Of a stretch of 64,000 nt of DNA, positions 47,223 through 58,794 are shown in pieces. Position 1 is the first letter of the stretch, and the number at the start of each line of letters is the position of its first letter. The notes beneath the pieces are model-generated. The model had not been told where the DNA came from. It ran no database searches and saw only the letters and a list, made by a program, of their open reading frames with translations. This DNA comes from Sporopachydermia quercuum. Its lineage: Eukaryota. The translations under genes and the position numbers were made by a program. The stretch is from contig BCGN01000008.1 of the NCBI GenBank assembly GCA_001599295.1, positions 186,001-250,000 of the forward strand, given 5' to 3'.

Positions 47223-49214
47223 TCATTTACCTTCATTGTCAGAATCAAAGCCTTTCAAAGACTTTTCCTTGATAACAGGAATTCCCAAAACAACACCAGT
47301 AAGGTTATCATCAATAGGATCTGCTAGTGAAGAATAAGGGTGAGTGTCTTGAGAGCCCTGAGATTGTTGAAGAAATGAATCGGGCTCTTCGGGTGTTGAC
47401 TCGGGTAAAACTGATGCTGAAATAAGTTGCTGATGTAAAGGAGATGTTTTGACATTATTAATCAATGGGGTCCTTCTATCATTTACAGATGTCGATGATC
47501 GTTTGACAGTGCTATTTGATGATTGTCTTGGTGATTGAATAGGACCTCGTAAAGATGCAGCTCGAGAAACATCAGATGTCATACTGGAGTTTCTACCAGA
47601 TGCAGAATTTACCTGTTGTCCCTGTCGAATTCTTAATTGAGTCTTTGATGACAAACTGTTTAGTCTTGAGTCAAGATCATTTGATTCTAATTCTTCTTTA
47701 GACAGCTTGGTAGAAGCATACTCAATTCTAGCTTGAGCGCTAGGTAAAGAAGTGAGTTTCTTGAGCTCATTATACCAAGAAATCATTTCTTCATAACTGG
47801 GTGCCATGAATACCCAATTCTGACTTTTATGAGTTGCCCTCGGATTAGATGGACTTCTTTGTCTTCCCATTATGACAAATTTATTCGAACTTTCTGATCC
47901 GGACCTAGAGTGCTTTAAAGGTTGACAATCGTCTAGTAAGAATGACATGACAGGATAAGGGTCTTTCTTACGATCGCTGGATTTGAATTCGTGCAAAAAA
48001 CATGGGGTGAGGACATAGTAAGCTTCAGAGTACGTTCTTAGGAATTTAGACTTTCGTTGAAGTAATCCAGATTTCAATTCAACTGATGCTGGTGAATGTT
48101 GTTGAGGGTAAGCAATTTGCTTGAAATTCCTGTTGGGGTAGTTGATTGAAACAAAATTCTTGTCCTTTGCCATGAATGATTCCCACTCATAAGTCAACTC
48201 TTTTGAAATCATTCCATTTACCAGATTGTCAATGAGAATATCTTTAGTACCCAGAAGCTCGTCAGTGAGTAAATTGGTAAATGTAACAAGAGCATCTTTC
48301 ACTTCCTTAACAACAATCTTTTCCAATTCGACACCTGAACTTTGAAGGTTTTGATAGGCTTCTTGCAAAAAGTTCTCCTCAAATATTTGCTTTTTTATGT
48401 GTAGATCAAGATATTGCTTCAATAAATAAGGATCATTCTTAGGATCTAAACTATTAGGGTTGTTTAACAGAACAATGATTGAATCTTTATAAAGATTGAT
48501 CATTTGACTGGTTCTTGCAACATCAGTGCCTAATGATGATTTGAAGTCGGACTCCAAACTTCTTATTTCTCTAATCTTTTCTCCTAGATCGGCTTCTAAT
48601 CTCGCTAGTCTAGGTACAATATTTCCTGAGAGTTCTTTTGCTGTTCTAGCGGACTTGGCTGCCAAGGTGCGATGATAACATAATAAAGTAGTAGGAATAT
48701 CTTGAACTGATCCTGATCCTAGAGGTAAGAAGAAATTTTGAACAATGAGATCTGGTTTTGTAGATGGTGATGAAAATTTTCTGGAATACAGTTCTTTATT
48801 GGCATTCGAATTTGTTACGTCACGATCACTAAACAAACTTGTTAAGGGCCCAGCAATACCATTGTCAAAAAATGGGAAATTGACTGACTGCATTAATCGC
48901 GAATGAGTATCCGCTTGTTGTTCTTGCGCTTTAGAAACATCATTCATATAAACAATCAGAGATCTGATAACTCTTCTCCAAGACGCAAATCTGTTAGATA
49001 AAACATCAGTTGGTTTACCGTTCAATGGCACAGGAACAAATAATGGCGACGATAAATCAGAATTGGATACAATCGATCCTCCAGTTTTACTCTTCAATTT
49101 AGATTCAAATAATACAGATCCCTTACCATCAATATCAAGTCCACTTGTCATAGATCCAACGAATGATGGTTGTCTCTGTATGCTGTTTCTATTGGGATTC
49201 GAGGCCAACGACAT
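47223..49214 (-). CDS. SLM1: Slm1/Slm2-like BAR-PH TORC2 effector
   Basis: PTDVLSNRFASWR, FLPLGSGSVQD, DPYLL, EENFLQEAY.NLQ.SG.ELEK, PH domain GLLQRKSKFLRTY..YYVLTP.FLHEFKS. Confidence 0.88.
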   Translation of the reverse strand: MSLASNPNRNSIQRQPSFVGSMTSGLDIDGKGSVLFESKLKSKTGGSIVSNSDLSSPLFVPVPLNGKPTDVLSNRFASWRRVIRSLIVYMNDVSKAQEQQADTHSRLMQSVNFPFFDNGIAGPLTSLFSDRDVTNSNANKELYSRKFSSPSTKPDLIVQNFFLPLGSGSVQDIPTTLLCYHRTLAAKSARTAKELSGNIVPRLARLEADLGEKIREIRSLESDFKSSLGTDVARTSQMINLYKDSIIVLLNNPNSLDPKNDPYLLKQYLDLHIKKQIFEENFLQEAYQNLQSSGVELEKIVVKEVKDALVTFTNLLTDELLGTKDILIDNLVNGMISKELTYEWESFMAKDKNFVSINYPNRNFKQIAYPQQHSPASVELKSGLLQRKSKFLRTYSEAYYVLTPCFLHEFKSSDRKKDPYPVMSFLLDDCQPLKHSRSGSESSNKFVIMGRQRSPSNPRATHKSQNWVFMAPSYEEMISWYNELKKLTSLPSAQARIEYASTKLSKEELESNDLDSRLNSLSSKTQLRIRQGQQVNSASGRNSSMTSDVSRAASLRGPIQSPRQSSNSTVKRSSTSVNDRRTPLINNVKTSPLHQQLISASVLPESTPEEPDSFLQQSQGSQDTHPYSSLADPIDDNLTGVVLGIPVIKEKSLKGFDSDNEGK

Positions 49215-50407
49215 TGTAGCTCCAGAATTTGTCTTTTTTTTCCTGATTTCTAAACTATAGCTTAAACTTTTCCAGCAATTGATAGAAATTCACTTGCTAT
49301 ATGGAGACCAAATATACAATACAATATTGAATAGGGTTTTAATGGAATCGTTTAAAATATAAAAACATCTTTACTGTCAGGTTCAAAGAACAAGAAAACA
49401 GAACATGAAAAGATATGCAATATAATATACACATTACTTCAGTCATTAGGTAAACAAAGCTTATGTTTGTTCTGTGAACTTTAATATATTTTAGTGTTGG
49501 CAAGGCTGGGGTAATGATGCATGAATTATTACGTATGTTGGGTGCACATAATGGAGGTTTTGACAATGTCACACGTAGCTCACAAAGAGATCATGACTCG
49601 AAGGGGCATCTTGTAGATGATGAATAGGCGGATGATAGCTAGTTTCGTTGTTTACGTTGAATAAAAGTAGAGAATAATAAATGGGTGGAAAAGAACTTGT
49701 TGACGCATTTGACTGTACTAAGCGATGAATTGTAAATTTGTTTTGAGAACTTTTTGTATGATTTTAATCTCAAGTTAGGAAAGGTAGCACAAGTGTGAGG
49801 AATGGATGTGTGACAAGTTCTATTAAGCAAATGTGGAGGTAGGTGGGCTGAGTGGCCTAAGTGGGCTGAGTGAAAATTAGTCTTGAATGATGTTTAATGT
49901 CACCAAAAAAACTGAAAGCAACGCGAAAAAGGTTCTGGAAAGTCTGAACATTCTATTGATCAAAATGAAAAAATGAAAAGCGGGTATTGAACGTGAATAG
50001 ATTTTAATAAATAAAATGCTTGTTGCAATGAACCCATTGGATATGAGAGAGATGCCTTAGATATTGATTCATGATTAGTCAACTAGAAATCACCCTTTGG
50101 GCAACTTTCTGATGCGTAAATCCTGCATAAATTTTACATTATTGTGCTTTTCAATTTAAACTATAAATGTAGACTGCTTACAATGAAAATGGTTTGGTTG
50201 AAAGGTTATGACTATGATTATGTAAAACAGCTTCTTATAATTACACGTATAACTGTCTAATGTATTGAATGCTCCAACAGATAGTAGGAATGTGATATAT
50301 ATAGTGATATAATAGGATCTTGGTTCTAGACAGCGTCGTACGTTTAGAGGTTCAATCATCAGCTTTGACTCAGGTTGATGATAAGCCAGACTGACATTTC
50401 TACATGA

Positions 50408-51073
50408 CTAATCTTCACCAGCGGGCATTTCATCCTTCAACACTCTTAGTAATTTAACACGGATTTCTGTTTCGTTAGCCCCCCGTAGTGTGTCACTTAC
50501 AAAGCTTGCTTCAACCTCAAGTTGAACCATCTCTAATGCTCCTTTTATCACACCTACTAGTATGTTGGAGTACCATAGTTCTTCTGTTGCTTTTCCATCA
50601 TCCGGCAACTCAACAAAATCTGTAAGAGGTGAATCCTCTATAATCAAACTAAACTGTCTTCCATCTTGTGTCCAATTAGTGACGTTTGGTGTGATATTCA
50701 AAAACGCCTTAAATCCAACCTATGAGTATGATGTTAGAATTAGATGATCTTCATCAAGGTAATAAGATCTAAAAGAATCACTTACCTTGGAGACTACTTC
50801 AGCAGTGTCTTTGAATGTATTACACCGTCCAAGTTCTGATCGTGCAAGGAAATCCTCTATGAGTCTCAATCCGATGTTGTAACCCATTTTCTCTAGCTGT
50901 TTGTTCACTTGGCTGTAATTATTGTTGTAGTCTTTGCACAGTTGAACAACTATTGAACCATAAGTAAAGTTCAGTAGTTCTGAGTTCTAAATATAAGTAA
51001 AAGTCTGTTAGAATACGTGATTAGACATATTACACATCTGGGAAAAAAGGTTAAGGTTAAGGGCCATTTCATC

Positions 51074-51128
<55 letters not shown>

Positions 51129-51197
51129 GGTACTCACTATTTTCTCTGTTTGGTTTTTCCACACCTCTTCGCCGACTGTTCTATATGTTCTAGACAT
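50408..51197 (-). CDS. BET3: TRAPP core subunit Bet3, 3 exons
   Basis: Exons 51197-51138, 50986-50786, 50719-50408 (190 aa). EKI|NSELLNFTYGSIV, MGYNIGLRLIEDFLAR, LWYSNIL.GVIKGALEMVQL. Confidence 0.95.
51074..51125. repeat. (ATCA)13 tetranucleotide microsatellite in BET3 intron 1
   Basis: Perfect tandem ATCA repeat, read as (UGAU)n in the pre-mRNA. Confidence 0.95.
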
Positions 51198-52124
51198 CGT
51201 GAATAGTGTAGGTTATATTATTATTATGGACTTATAATTCGAACCCAGATTTATTACAGATTTAGAGGTGCAATAGCTAGTTAATTTGTTCGTTGCTATC
51301 TCCAACGATTGTTCAATGGTCCACTTATGTGAGTGATGTGATTTCTATTATATTGCTTCTAAAAGGTATCTCGTGGTAAACTTGTCAAGTGTCGATGATC
51401 AAAAATCTTTAATCTGTATCAAATCATATTTCTGAAAAGCAACTGTAGCTAATCTATCATCATAATTGAATAGAACTGTGCTTATTGTTCAATTGATTGT
51501 TGGTGATAGAGATTAAGGTACTTCTCACCAGACAGTAGAAACTTGCGTGAAAGGAGATGATTAAGAGATTAAATGGTAATCCACGTGATTTATGCAAGAT
51601 GGAAGTCATATACAGAACATTGCACTTGGGTTTTTACGTACTATAAGGAGATATCATGTCGATGAAATGTAACTATAAATGACATCTATAAGTCGAGCTT
51701 CTAATTCGTTAATTCGATTGCTTATTTTAAGTACTGAAGGTTCCCATACTTTTGGGGTGAGAATAATTAATGACGCCGTTATTATAGGTATTTTTTCTCT
51801 TGATGTATGGATGACAGAGACCATTTCATGCAGCATTATGTATGCACAGTAAATAATACTACATGTGCTTTCTAAGATCAAGGCCAAACCACTAGTCTTT
51901 CTTTCATCTCCGATTGAATAATGGATAATAATAAAGAGTAAAACAGGAATCTTGATATGTACAAGGGCCTCAAAATAGTTTCAACAAAGGCGGTGTTTTC
52001 TATTCGCTTACAAGTGTCGTTGACAATAGACTTTTTGTATGTGATCTGTGTGTCATGGATAGAAAACTGAAATGCAAAATCATGACCAAAATCATTTATT
52101 TCTATAAAAAACATTCCACGTTGA

Positions 52125-53498
52125 TTAATTTACAACCAATGACTCAATTATATGAGCAAACTTACCCTTGGTTGCATCATTTGCTTTCTCTAGTCGTTCT
52201 AAAGCAAGTGTATACAGTTTCTCTTGATCTTCTGATTCTAATGGGTAAAGATTAGATAAAGAAATCTGAGCTTCAGCAACATCAGCCCAACTTTGAGGTA
52301 CTTCACTGTCCTCAGCTTTGATCAAATGATTGATTGCTTGACTGCATAACTCTTTAGCTTTATCTCTGGCGTTCACTGCTTCTTCACTAATCTCCACATC
52401 GTCATCCTCTTCATCTCCCTCTTCATCCTCATTTTCATCTCCATACATTTCATCGGTATACAAAGCTGCCAACGGGGCTGCCTGTCTCAACAACTCATTG
52501 GCAATATATTTGTTGATGGTCCTATACAAAGACTTTGATCTTTCATCTTCAATGACAGAATCCAATGTCTCATCTGTTTGTTTCTCCTTGTTCTTGCTCT
52601 TTCTATTCTCACTATCACTTTCTGTAGCCACATCATTTTCAACAGCAGAAAGTAGTGTTTGAAGCTTTTCTAATGCCCAATCTCTTATATTTTCCTCTTC
52701 ATTTTGCACCTCATAGAAAGGATGTGTATCAGCTATTTCAAACTCTTCTTCCTCATCATCCTCTAAATCGTCTTCTAAAGGAGGGTTCAACAATTTAGGA
52801 ACAACGTCAAATATATCGATTAAAGAAGTCAAAGATTGAACATGATAAGAATCCACAAGTTTTCTTTCGACTGCTTCATCTTCAATTTCGTCATAAAGTT
52901 CTTCAGCTTCATCGATAAGTGCAAGTAATGAGTTTTCGTCAACAACGGCACTGTCTTTAGTCAATTTGGGTAACTCCACTGCAAAAATCTTGATCAATAT
53001 TGTCTTTAGTTTTGCTAATTTGATTTCCGTTAAAACTTCTTTTGAGTCGATTCCGTTTCCTAATCTATCAAGGGCAGCAGAAATGAAAGATTCTGGCGAA
53101 TCTTCTTTAGATACTACTTCATCTCCTCCTGCTTTAAAGTATGCCATTTCAGCTAATGCTAAACCATAGATATAATGAAAAATATCATCTAGTATATCTT
53201 TATCATTTGAAGCTCTTAGTAGTCTATCACATTCATGGATTATGCCATTCAGAACTAACTCATTATTTCTTTCGGAATTAATGAAAGTGTTCCAAAGGGC
53301 TTTCAATTGTGATAGTTCATCATTAGCATCTGCTTCTTCGTCAAGTTCAACTGCAATCTGGGCATCATCTGCTGAGGCAGCATCTCCTGCACCTAGTTCA
53401 ACTTCTTTCTCTTCGTTTGATTTGTTATCTTTACTTTGAAGCTTTTGCTTCTTTTGAGTTGAAGCTTTACTTAATCCTAAAGGCCGTTTTACAACCAT
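52125..53498 (-). CDS. ETT1: Ett1/Nro1 family nuclear import adaptor
   Basis: MVVKRPLGL.K, DELSQL.ALW, LNGIIHECDRLLR, AEAQISLSNL, A.ERL.KAN.AT.GKF. Confidence 0.9.
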   Translation of the reverse strand: MVVKRPLGLSKASTQKKQKLQSKDNKSNEEKEVELGAGDAASADDAQIAVELDEEADANDELSQLKALWNTFINSERNNELVLNGIIHECDRLLRASNDKDILDDIFHYIYGLALAEMAYFKAGGDEVVSKEDSPESFISAALDRLGNGIDSKEVLTEIKLAKLKTILIKIFAVELPKLTKDSAVVDENSLLALIDEAEELYDEIEDEAVERKLVDSYHVQSLTSLIDIFDVVPKLLNPPLEDDLEDDEEEEFEIADTHPFYEVQNEEENIRDWALEKLQTLLSAVENDVATESDSENRKSKNKEKQTDETLDSVIEDERSKSLYRTINKYIANELLRQAAPLAALYTDEMYGDENEDEEGDEEDDDVEISEEAVNARDKAKELCSQAINHLIKAEDSEVPQSWADVAEAQISLSNLYPLESEDQEKLYTLALERLEKANDATKGKFAHIIESLVVN

Positions 53499-53856
53499 AA
53501 TGAAATATGGTACTGATAAGAGCTTTTCACTTTTGGTATCACATCAACTTCTTGTGTAAACTACCAGTAATTCTCTTTAGTCCAGCGGAACAGCAACAAT
53601 AATTACCACAGAACCAATAATAGTAAGTATACTAATAAGATACGGGTTAGAAGAAATTTGCTCCCCAATTGAAATAATCCCTTGTTTCTTGATACATGAT
53701 TATTCATGCTCTCAACTTCCTTGAAAAATCAGGTCAGGTCAGAAAAAAATTATATGCAGGTCTAATGCTAACTCATGCAAGTCGTGAGTTCATGCATTAG
53801 CTTGTCTTAACTTCATGTCTCAAGTTGAATTGCAAATAGAAATCCAAAACATCATA

Positions 53857-53863
53857 TCACGTG
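53857..53863 (+). promoter_or_regulatory. Cbf1 site (TCACGTG) upstream of MET1
   Basis: TCACGTG ~300 nt upstream of a sulfur-assimilation gene. An adjacent RRPE-like AAATTTTTCA (~53873-53882) plausibly serves ETT1. Confidence 0.6.
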
Positions 53864-54155
53864 CGACGATAGAAATTTTTCATTTGTAATAGGTATAATT
53901 AATATTTGTATTTGATGGGTTTCCGCTCGATTTTTTCTATATAACATATTGCTACGACGCCTCATAATAATTCTTTCTCCTAAACTATGCGAAATAGATG
54001 ACAACAACCAAGCTGGAGACCCAATAGCAGTTTAACTTTACTTTTGGGAGAATTGGAAGTGGAAACAGACAGTTGAATCTCTTCAGGTGGTTGTCTCCTG
54101 CATTTGTATTGTATTGGTAAAAGAGATACATGAATAAAGAGAGAAGAGAATTGTC

Positions 54156-55778
54156 ATGACTCGGTTGCTCATAGCAAGAAATGTTGAAGAGGAGACACAT
54201 TTAATTGTGGGCTGCTCTTCTTTAGCATACTCAAGAGTGGTCAGTAGCTTGGAAGCTGGTGCGCATGCAATTTTGGTTTCTAACTTAGAGTCCGCCGGAA
54301 GGCTAAGAACGATAGAGGAAAGATGTAGCAAAAGTATAGACGATGGAAAGCTTACGATATTAGATAGGAAGTTTGAATTTGAAGATTTGGTGCAGCTGGG
54401 AAGAGAAGAAACAGATCATGTGGTCGATACAGTATTTGTTGTTACAGAGGATGTCAAGAATTATAGCGAAGTAAATGAGGTATATAAGAAATGCAAAAGG
54501 TTTCGGATACCTATTAATGTTGCTGATATGCCAGCACTTTGCTCGTTCACTCTTTTATCTTCTTTCAAGAAAGGAGATTTCCAGTTTGGTGTAACTACAA
54601 CTGGCAAAGGATGCAGGTTGGCTTCAAGGATAAAGAGGGAAATGGTAGGAATTTTGCCTAATAATATTGATGAGATTTGTCTAAGAGTCGGGGACTTGAG
54701 AGAGAAAATACGACAGGAAGATAACGTTAGCGCAGAGCTAGGACAAGATGAAGAAGATTTGGGTCAACACTCTAAGTTTAATACCTTAATTCTTGAAGAT
54801 AACGAAACAGCATTCCAGAAGAAACAACAAAGAATGAGATGGCTATCTCAGATTGTTGAGTATTATCCATTAGACAAGTTAGCAGAAATATCTATAGATG
54901 ACTTATCGAAGGCCTATAGAAAAGAAGAAGTGTTAAAGGAAGAGTTGGTGGTTGCACCTGCTAAGAAGGGATCAATCAGTCTTGTAGGTTCAGGACCTGG
55001 TTCAGTTTCACTTTTAACATTAGGAGCACTACAAGAAATTCTCAATGCCGATTTGATTTTAGCTGACAAACTCGTTCCTAGCCAAGTTTTGGAGCTGATT
55101 CCAAGAAGAACAAAAGTCTTCATTGCTAGAAAATTTCCTGGTAATGCTGAAAGAGCACAGCAAGAGCTCTTGGGTATGGGCTTGGAAGGGTTAGAACAAG
55201 GTCTAAAGGTAGTCAGACTAAAACAAGGTGATCCATATGTATATGGCAGAGGAGCTGAAGAGTATAACTTCTTTTCTGAAAAAGGTTACACCCCTCTAGT
55301 TCTTGCTGGAATCACATCTGCACTATCAGCACCATTATTGGCTGATATTCCTGTGACACATAGGGAGGTCACAGACCAAGTACTAATATGCACGGGCACA
55401 GGAAGAAAAGGTATTTTACCAGATATACCGACATATAAAAAGAATAGGACTACAATTTTTCTTATGGCTTTGCATAGAATCGAAGAGCTAGTTGAAAACC
55501 TGAGAAAACACAATTGGGATCTGAGTGTTCCCTGTGTTGTTTCTGAGAGAGCAAGTTGTAAGGATCAACGGTTAATAAGGACTTCTCTTAAAGATCTAGT
55601 TGAGGCAATTGAAGAGAATGGAAGTAGACCCCCAGGACTTTTGATTGTAGGCTGGACATGTAATGTGATCAAACCTCTTCCTGAGACTGAAAAATGGGTA
55701 GTAGAAGAAGGACATCAACATGAGGTTAGTAACGAGATGATCTCTGATTTGTTGGAGAAAAGCAAACATGAAATTTAA
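54156..55778 (+). CDS. MET1: Uroporphyrinogen-III C-methyltransferase (siroheme synthesis)
   Basis: N-terminal CysG-B/Met8-like domain, ISLVGSGPG, VVRLKQGDPYVYGRGAEE, ERASC.DQR. Confidence 0.95.
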   Translation: MTRLLIARNVEEETHLIVGCSSLAYSRVVSSLEAGAHAILVSNLESAGRLRTIEERCSKSIDDGKLTILDRKFEFEDLVQLGREETDHVVDTVFVVTEDVKNYSEVNEVYKKCKRFRIPINVADMPALCSFTLLSSFKKGDFQFGVTTTGKGCRLASRIKREMVGILPNNIDEICLRVGDLREKIRQEDNVSAELGQDEEDLGQHSKFNTLILEDNETAFQKKQQRMRWLSQIVEYYPLDKLAEISIDDLSKAYRKEEVLKEELVVAPAKKGSISLVGSGPGSVSLLTLGALQEILNADLILADKLVPSQVLELIPRRTKVFIARKFPGNAERAQQELLGMGLEGLEQGLKVVRLKQGDPYVYGRGAEEYNFFSEKGYTPLVLAGITSALSAPLLADIPVTHREVTDQVLICTGTGRKGILPDIPTYKKNRTTIFLMALHRIEELVENLRKHNWDLSVPCVVSERASCKDQRLIRTSLKDLVEAIEENGSRPPGLLIVGWTCNVIKPLPETEKWVVEEGHQHEVSNEMISDLLEKSKHEI

Positions 55779-56665
55779 TAATTAAAGGGGCATTTAGAAG
55801 GTTTGGTTATAGATTCTTTTTAGCCTATGTATAGTATAATAATCACATAACATAAAATAGCATAGTATGATAAGATTGTCTGTCATACTCCTTTTCTATC
55901 GTGAGTACTGGATTTCAATGTAGAGCTTGATCAACTGTTACTGATGTCGGGGAATAAGAAGTATTTCATGCTGCTTCATTGTTTTATTATAGATTTATCG
56001 AAGCATTATTCTATTATCCATTTCTTCATTCTTTCTGTCACCATATCTGCTATCCTTGTTTTTTTTGGCTTGGAGCCAATCCAATAAGATATCATGTAAC
56101 GTACCCCTTATGAGACATATATTATTCTCAAATGGAAGTTTTAAAGTTTAAGCATGTTTCTGCGCATTTCTGCATTTCTACATGTTTCTTGACTGTAGGT
56201 GGGAGTATTCACGATCCAACGCCTAAAGAATTGGTCATAATTATGTGTTTTCAAAGCTTTGGATATAATAACAGCATCTGGTTTTTCTATTTATCAACAC
56301 AGATTACATTGTTCTCCATCATCAGAAAAAATCGACTATTTTTCCTGTTCCCATTTTTCTTTTCTGTCCTTTTCTGTCCTATTGGCCAATGGACATACAT
56401 ACACTTTTCAGAGTTACTCACATTCATGTCCACATGAAAACCTCTATTGGTAACACCATATCAGATCTCACCAATATGCCCCGGATTCTTAGGCTTATCT
56501 CTCAAAGACATTTATTATTGAGATGTATAAGCAATAGAATATCCTGATATTTGACGTTTTATTGATATCAAACATATCATTTCTTATTCTTCAAGTTAGA
56601 GATAAAGTTATCAGGCAAGAGACCTCAACGTAAAGTCTTTAGAATAACTGGCTTCTTTTAACAGC

Positions 56666-57905
56666 ATGTTTCGAAACTTCTCTAATAGTATTTCAAAACG
56701 AGCTTTCTCTGTTGCATCAATCGCTAAATCGAAGGCTCCTTTAGCATTTACCTTCGAGTATGTAAATAAAATGGGGAGAGAAATATTATCAACGACGTTT
56801 GCCTAAATGTTGAATTTTTTTTTATATCATCTTTAGGACTGATGTACTAACTGAGCTTCCTGAAAACAGTATCGATGGTGTGTTGATCCGCGGTTCAAAA
56901 GGATTGACGTACGGAACAGAAGCTTTGAAACTGCTAAAACAAAACAATGTTCCGTTTATTTTACTGACCAACGGCGGGGGNAAAAAGGAATCCGAAAGAG
57001 CTGAACAACTAACCGATTTACTTAGTGTAGAGATTAGCCCAGAGCAATTGGTTCAATCTCATACACCTGTCAAAAAGTTTAAGAATACGTATAACAGAGT
57101 ATTGGTAGTTGGTGGACCATCGGACAAATGCCGTTACGTTGCAGAAGACTATGGTTTTAAAGACGTTGTTATTGCTGCAGATATTGTGAAGACAAATCCA
57201 AAAATTTGGCCTTTCCATCGATATCAGCCCAATGAATTAGAGCAATGGGGAAGAGAGAGAGATTTCTATAATGAAAGGGGACTTGCGGAAGGAAAAATTG
57301 ATGCTATATTTGTTTTCAATGACTCCCGAGATATCGGTACTGATTCACAGATAATATTGGATCTTTTGTTGTCGCAGCATGGCCATTTAGGAACCAGAAG
57401 AGATATACATAAATATCACTTTGACAACGAGTCAGACTACAGAAGATTGATCGATGAACCGAGCATTCCAATTCTATTTACCAACCAGGACTTTTTGTGG
57501 GCCAACGACTTTCCATTACCAAGGTTTGGTCAAGGAGCCTTCAAAATGATAATTGAAAGACTGTACGAGGCCGCCACAGGTGGAGGGAAATTAGTATCTA
57601 CCACATATGGCAAGCCATTCAAGGTTACTTATGAATATGCTCACGAGGTATTGAAAGAATGGGCTGTGAGCCAACATGGGTATACAGTTGATGAGGCTAA
57701 AGCACTTTCAAATATTTTCATGGTTGGTGATAATCCAGAATCTGATATCTTAGGTGCTAATTTATATGGATGGAACAGCATTCTCCTGAGAACAGGGGTA
57801 TTCAAAGATGAGGACCTTCCCATTTTGCCAAAAGAGAAGAAACCCAAATACCTATTCAATAATGTTCAAGAAGCTATTGTAGAAATTCTTAAAACCCATC
57901 TATAG
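56666..57905 (+). CDS. Mitochondrial HAD-IIA hydrolase (YKR070W/HDHD5-CECR5 family), 2 exons
   Basis: Exons 56666-56757 and 56870-57905. Presequence MFRNFSNSISKR. Motif I AFTFD|IDGVL is split by the intron; LLTNGG, GKP, MVGDNPESDI.GAN follow. One N at 56981. Confidence 0.92.
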
Positions 57906-58601
57906 CATAGATATTTGACACATATAGAAGCTGCCTACTATAGATATTCAAGCATAGAAAGTATAGAAATAAATTAATATACTTACCACAAAATGCAAGT
58001 GATTAAGTATTCATATTCAGTAATGACTAGCATCAAACTATGAGTAATTAAATTGTACAATGAAATAAAAATCAATTATCAATGGCTCATTTTGTCCAGG
58101 AGCAAAAATCGAACAAAAAACTAAGAGCAGGGAAAAAGTTGATCAAAAACCAGAAACTTCTTTAAAATCAGCTGAGTCATGTTATTTATGCAAAAGATCA
58201 AATCAAAGAAAACAGGGTGATGGAAGCAATGCCTAAGCAATTATTCAGTAATGAACCAATCCATGATCTACTTCAATCATCTCTCTCAAATGATATAAAG
58301 TCACAGTCTAAGCAGCAAACACATTGGCCATAAGTCATGTAATACAGACACTCTCAGGCGAAGCTAGATTCTCTTATTCCTATAACATGAAGCAAAACCA
58401 ATAGCCTAATAAAACAAATCGAAACATATTAGCTAATCTCAGTTGCAACTCCGAACTCTACAAATCTATATAATAATGATGTTATCCGCAACACTAGAAG
58501 ATGACTTCGTGATAGTTTTGACTGATAATGCGAATAGAACTACCAATACTGTTTAAAGTGTGTTCAAACCCAGAATATTGATCAGAGTATTATTTCCAAA
58601 T

Positions 58602-58791
58602 AGCTGACCAGCATGTTTCCCCGTTCTGCAATTTCAGTTCCTTGACCCGATTCTCTGATGGCTATGTAATTGGCGCAATATATAGTATAGAATACTATAT
58701 ATTACCCGAGTCGTTGCTCATTAGCTTGGGGGAATTCGGGAGATGATAATCGCCCGAGGGGTAGTCGGTCAGTGATGTCAGCAGGTCAGTT
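58602..58791. ncRNA. Unidentified structured RNA element next to the stop codon of the AN1 zinc-finger gene
   Basis: Five nested helices plus a possible crossing helix (see findings); locally GC-rich relative to the flanks. Confidence 0.5.
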
Positions 58792-58794
58792 GAG

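Noticed and set aside
31339..51000. Alternative CUG decoding (Ser or Ala)
   Set aside because: CTG occupies conserved Leu positions in UBC9 (LC..RLQEE) and BET3 (QLC), so CUG=Leu.
57978..58030. ATACTTACC resembling the U1 snRNA 5' end
   Set aside because: The next base is A rather than T, and I saw no U1-70K loop, four-way junction or properly placed Sm site downstream.
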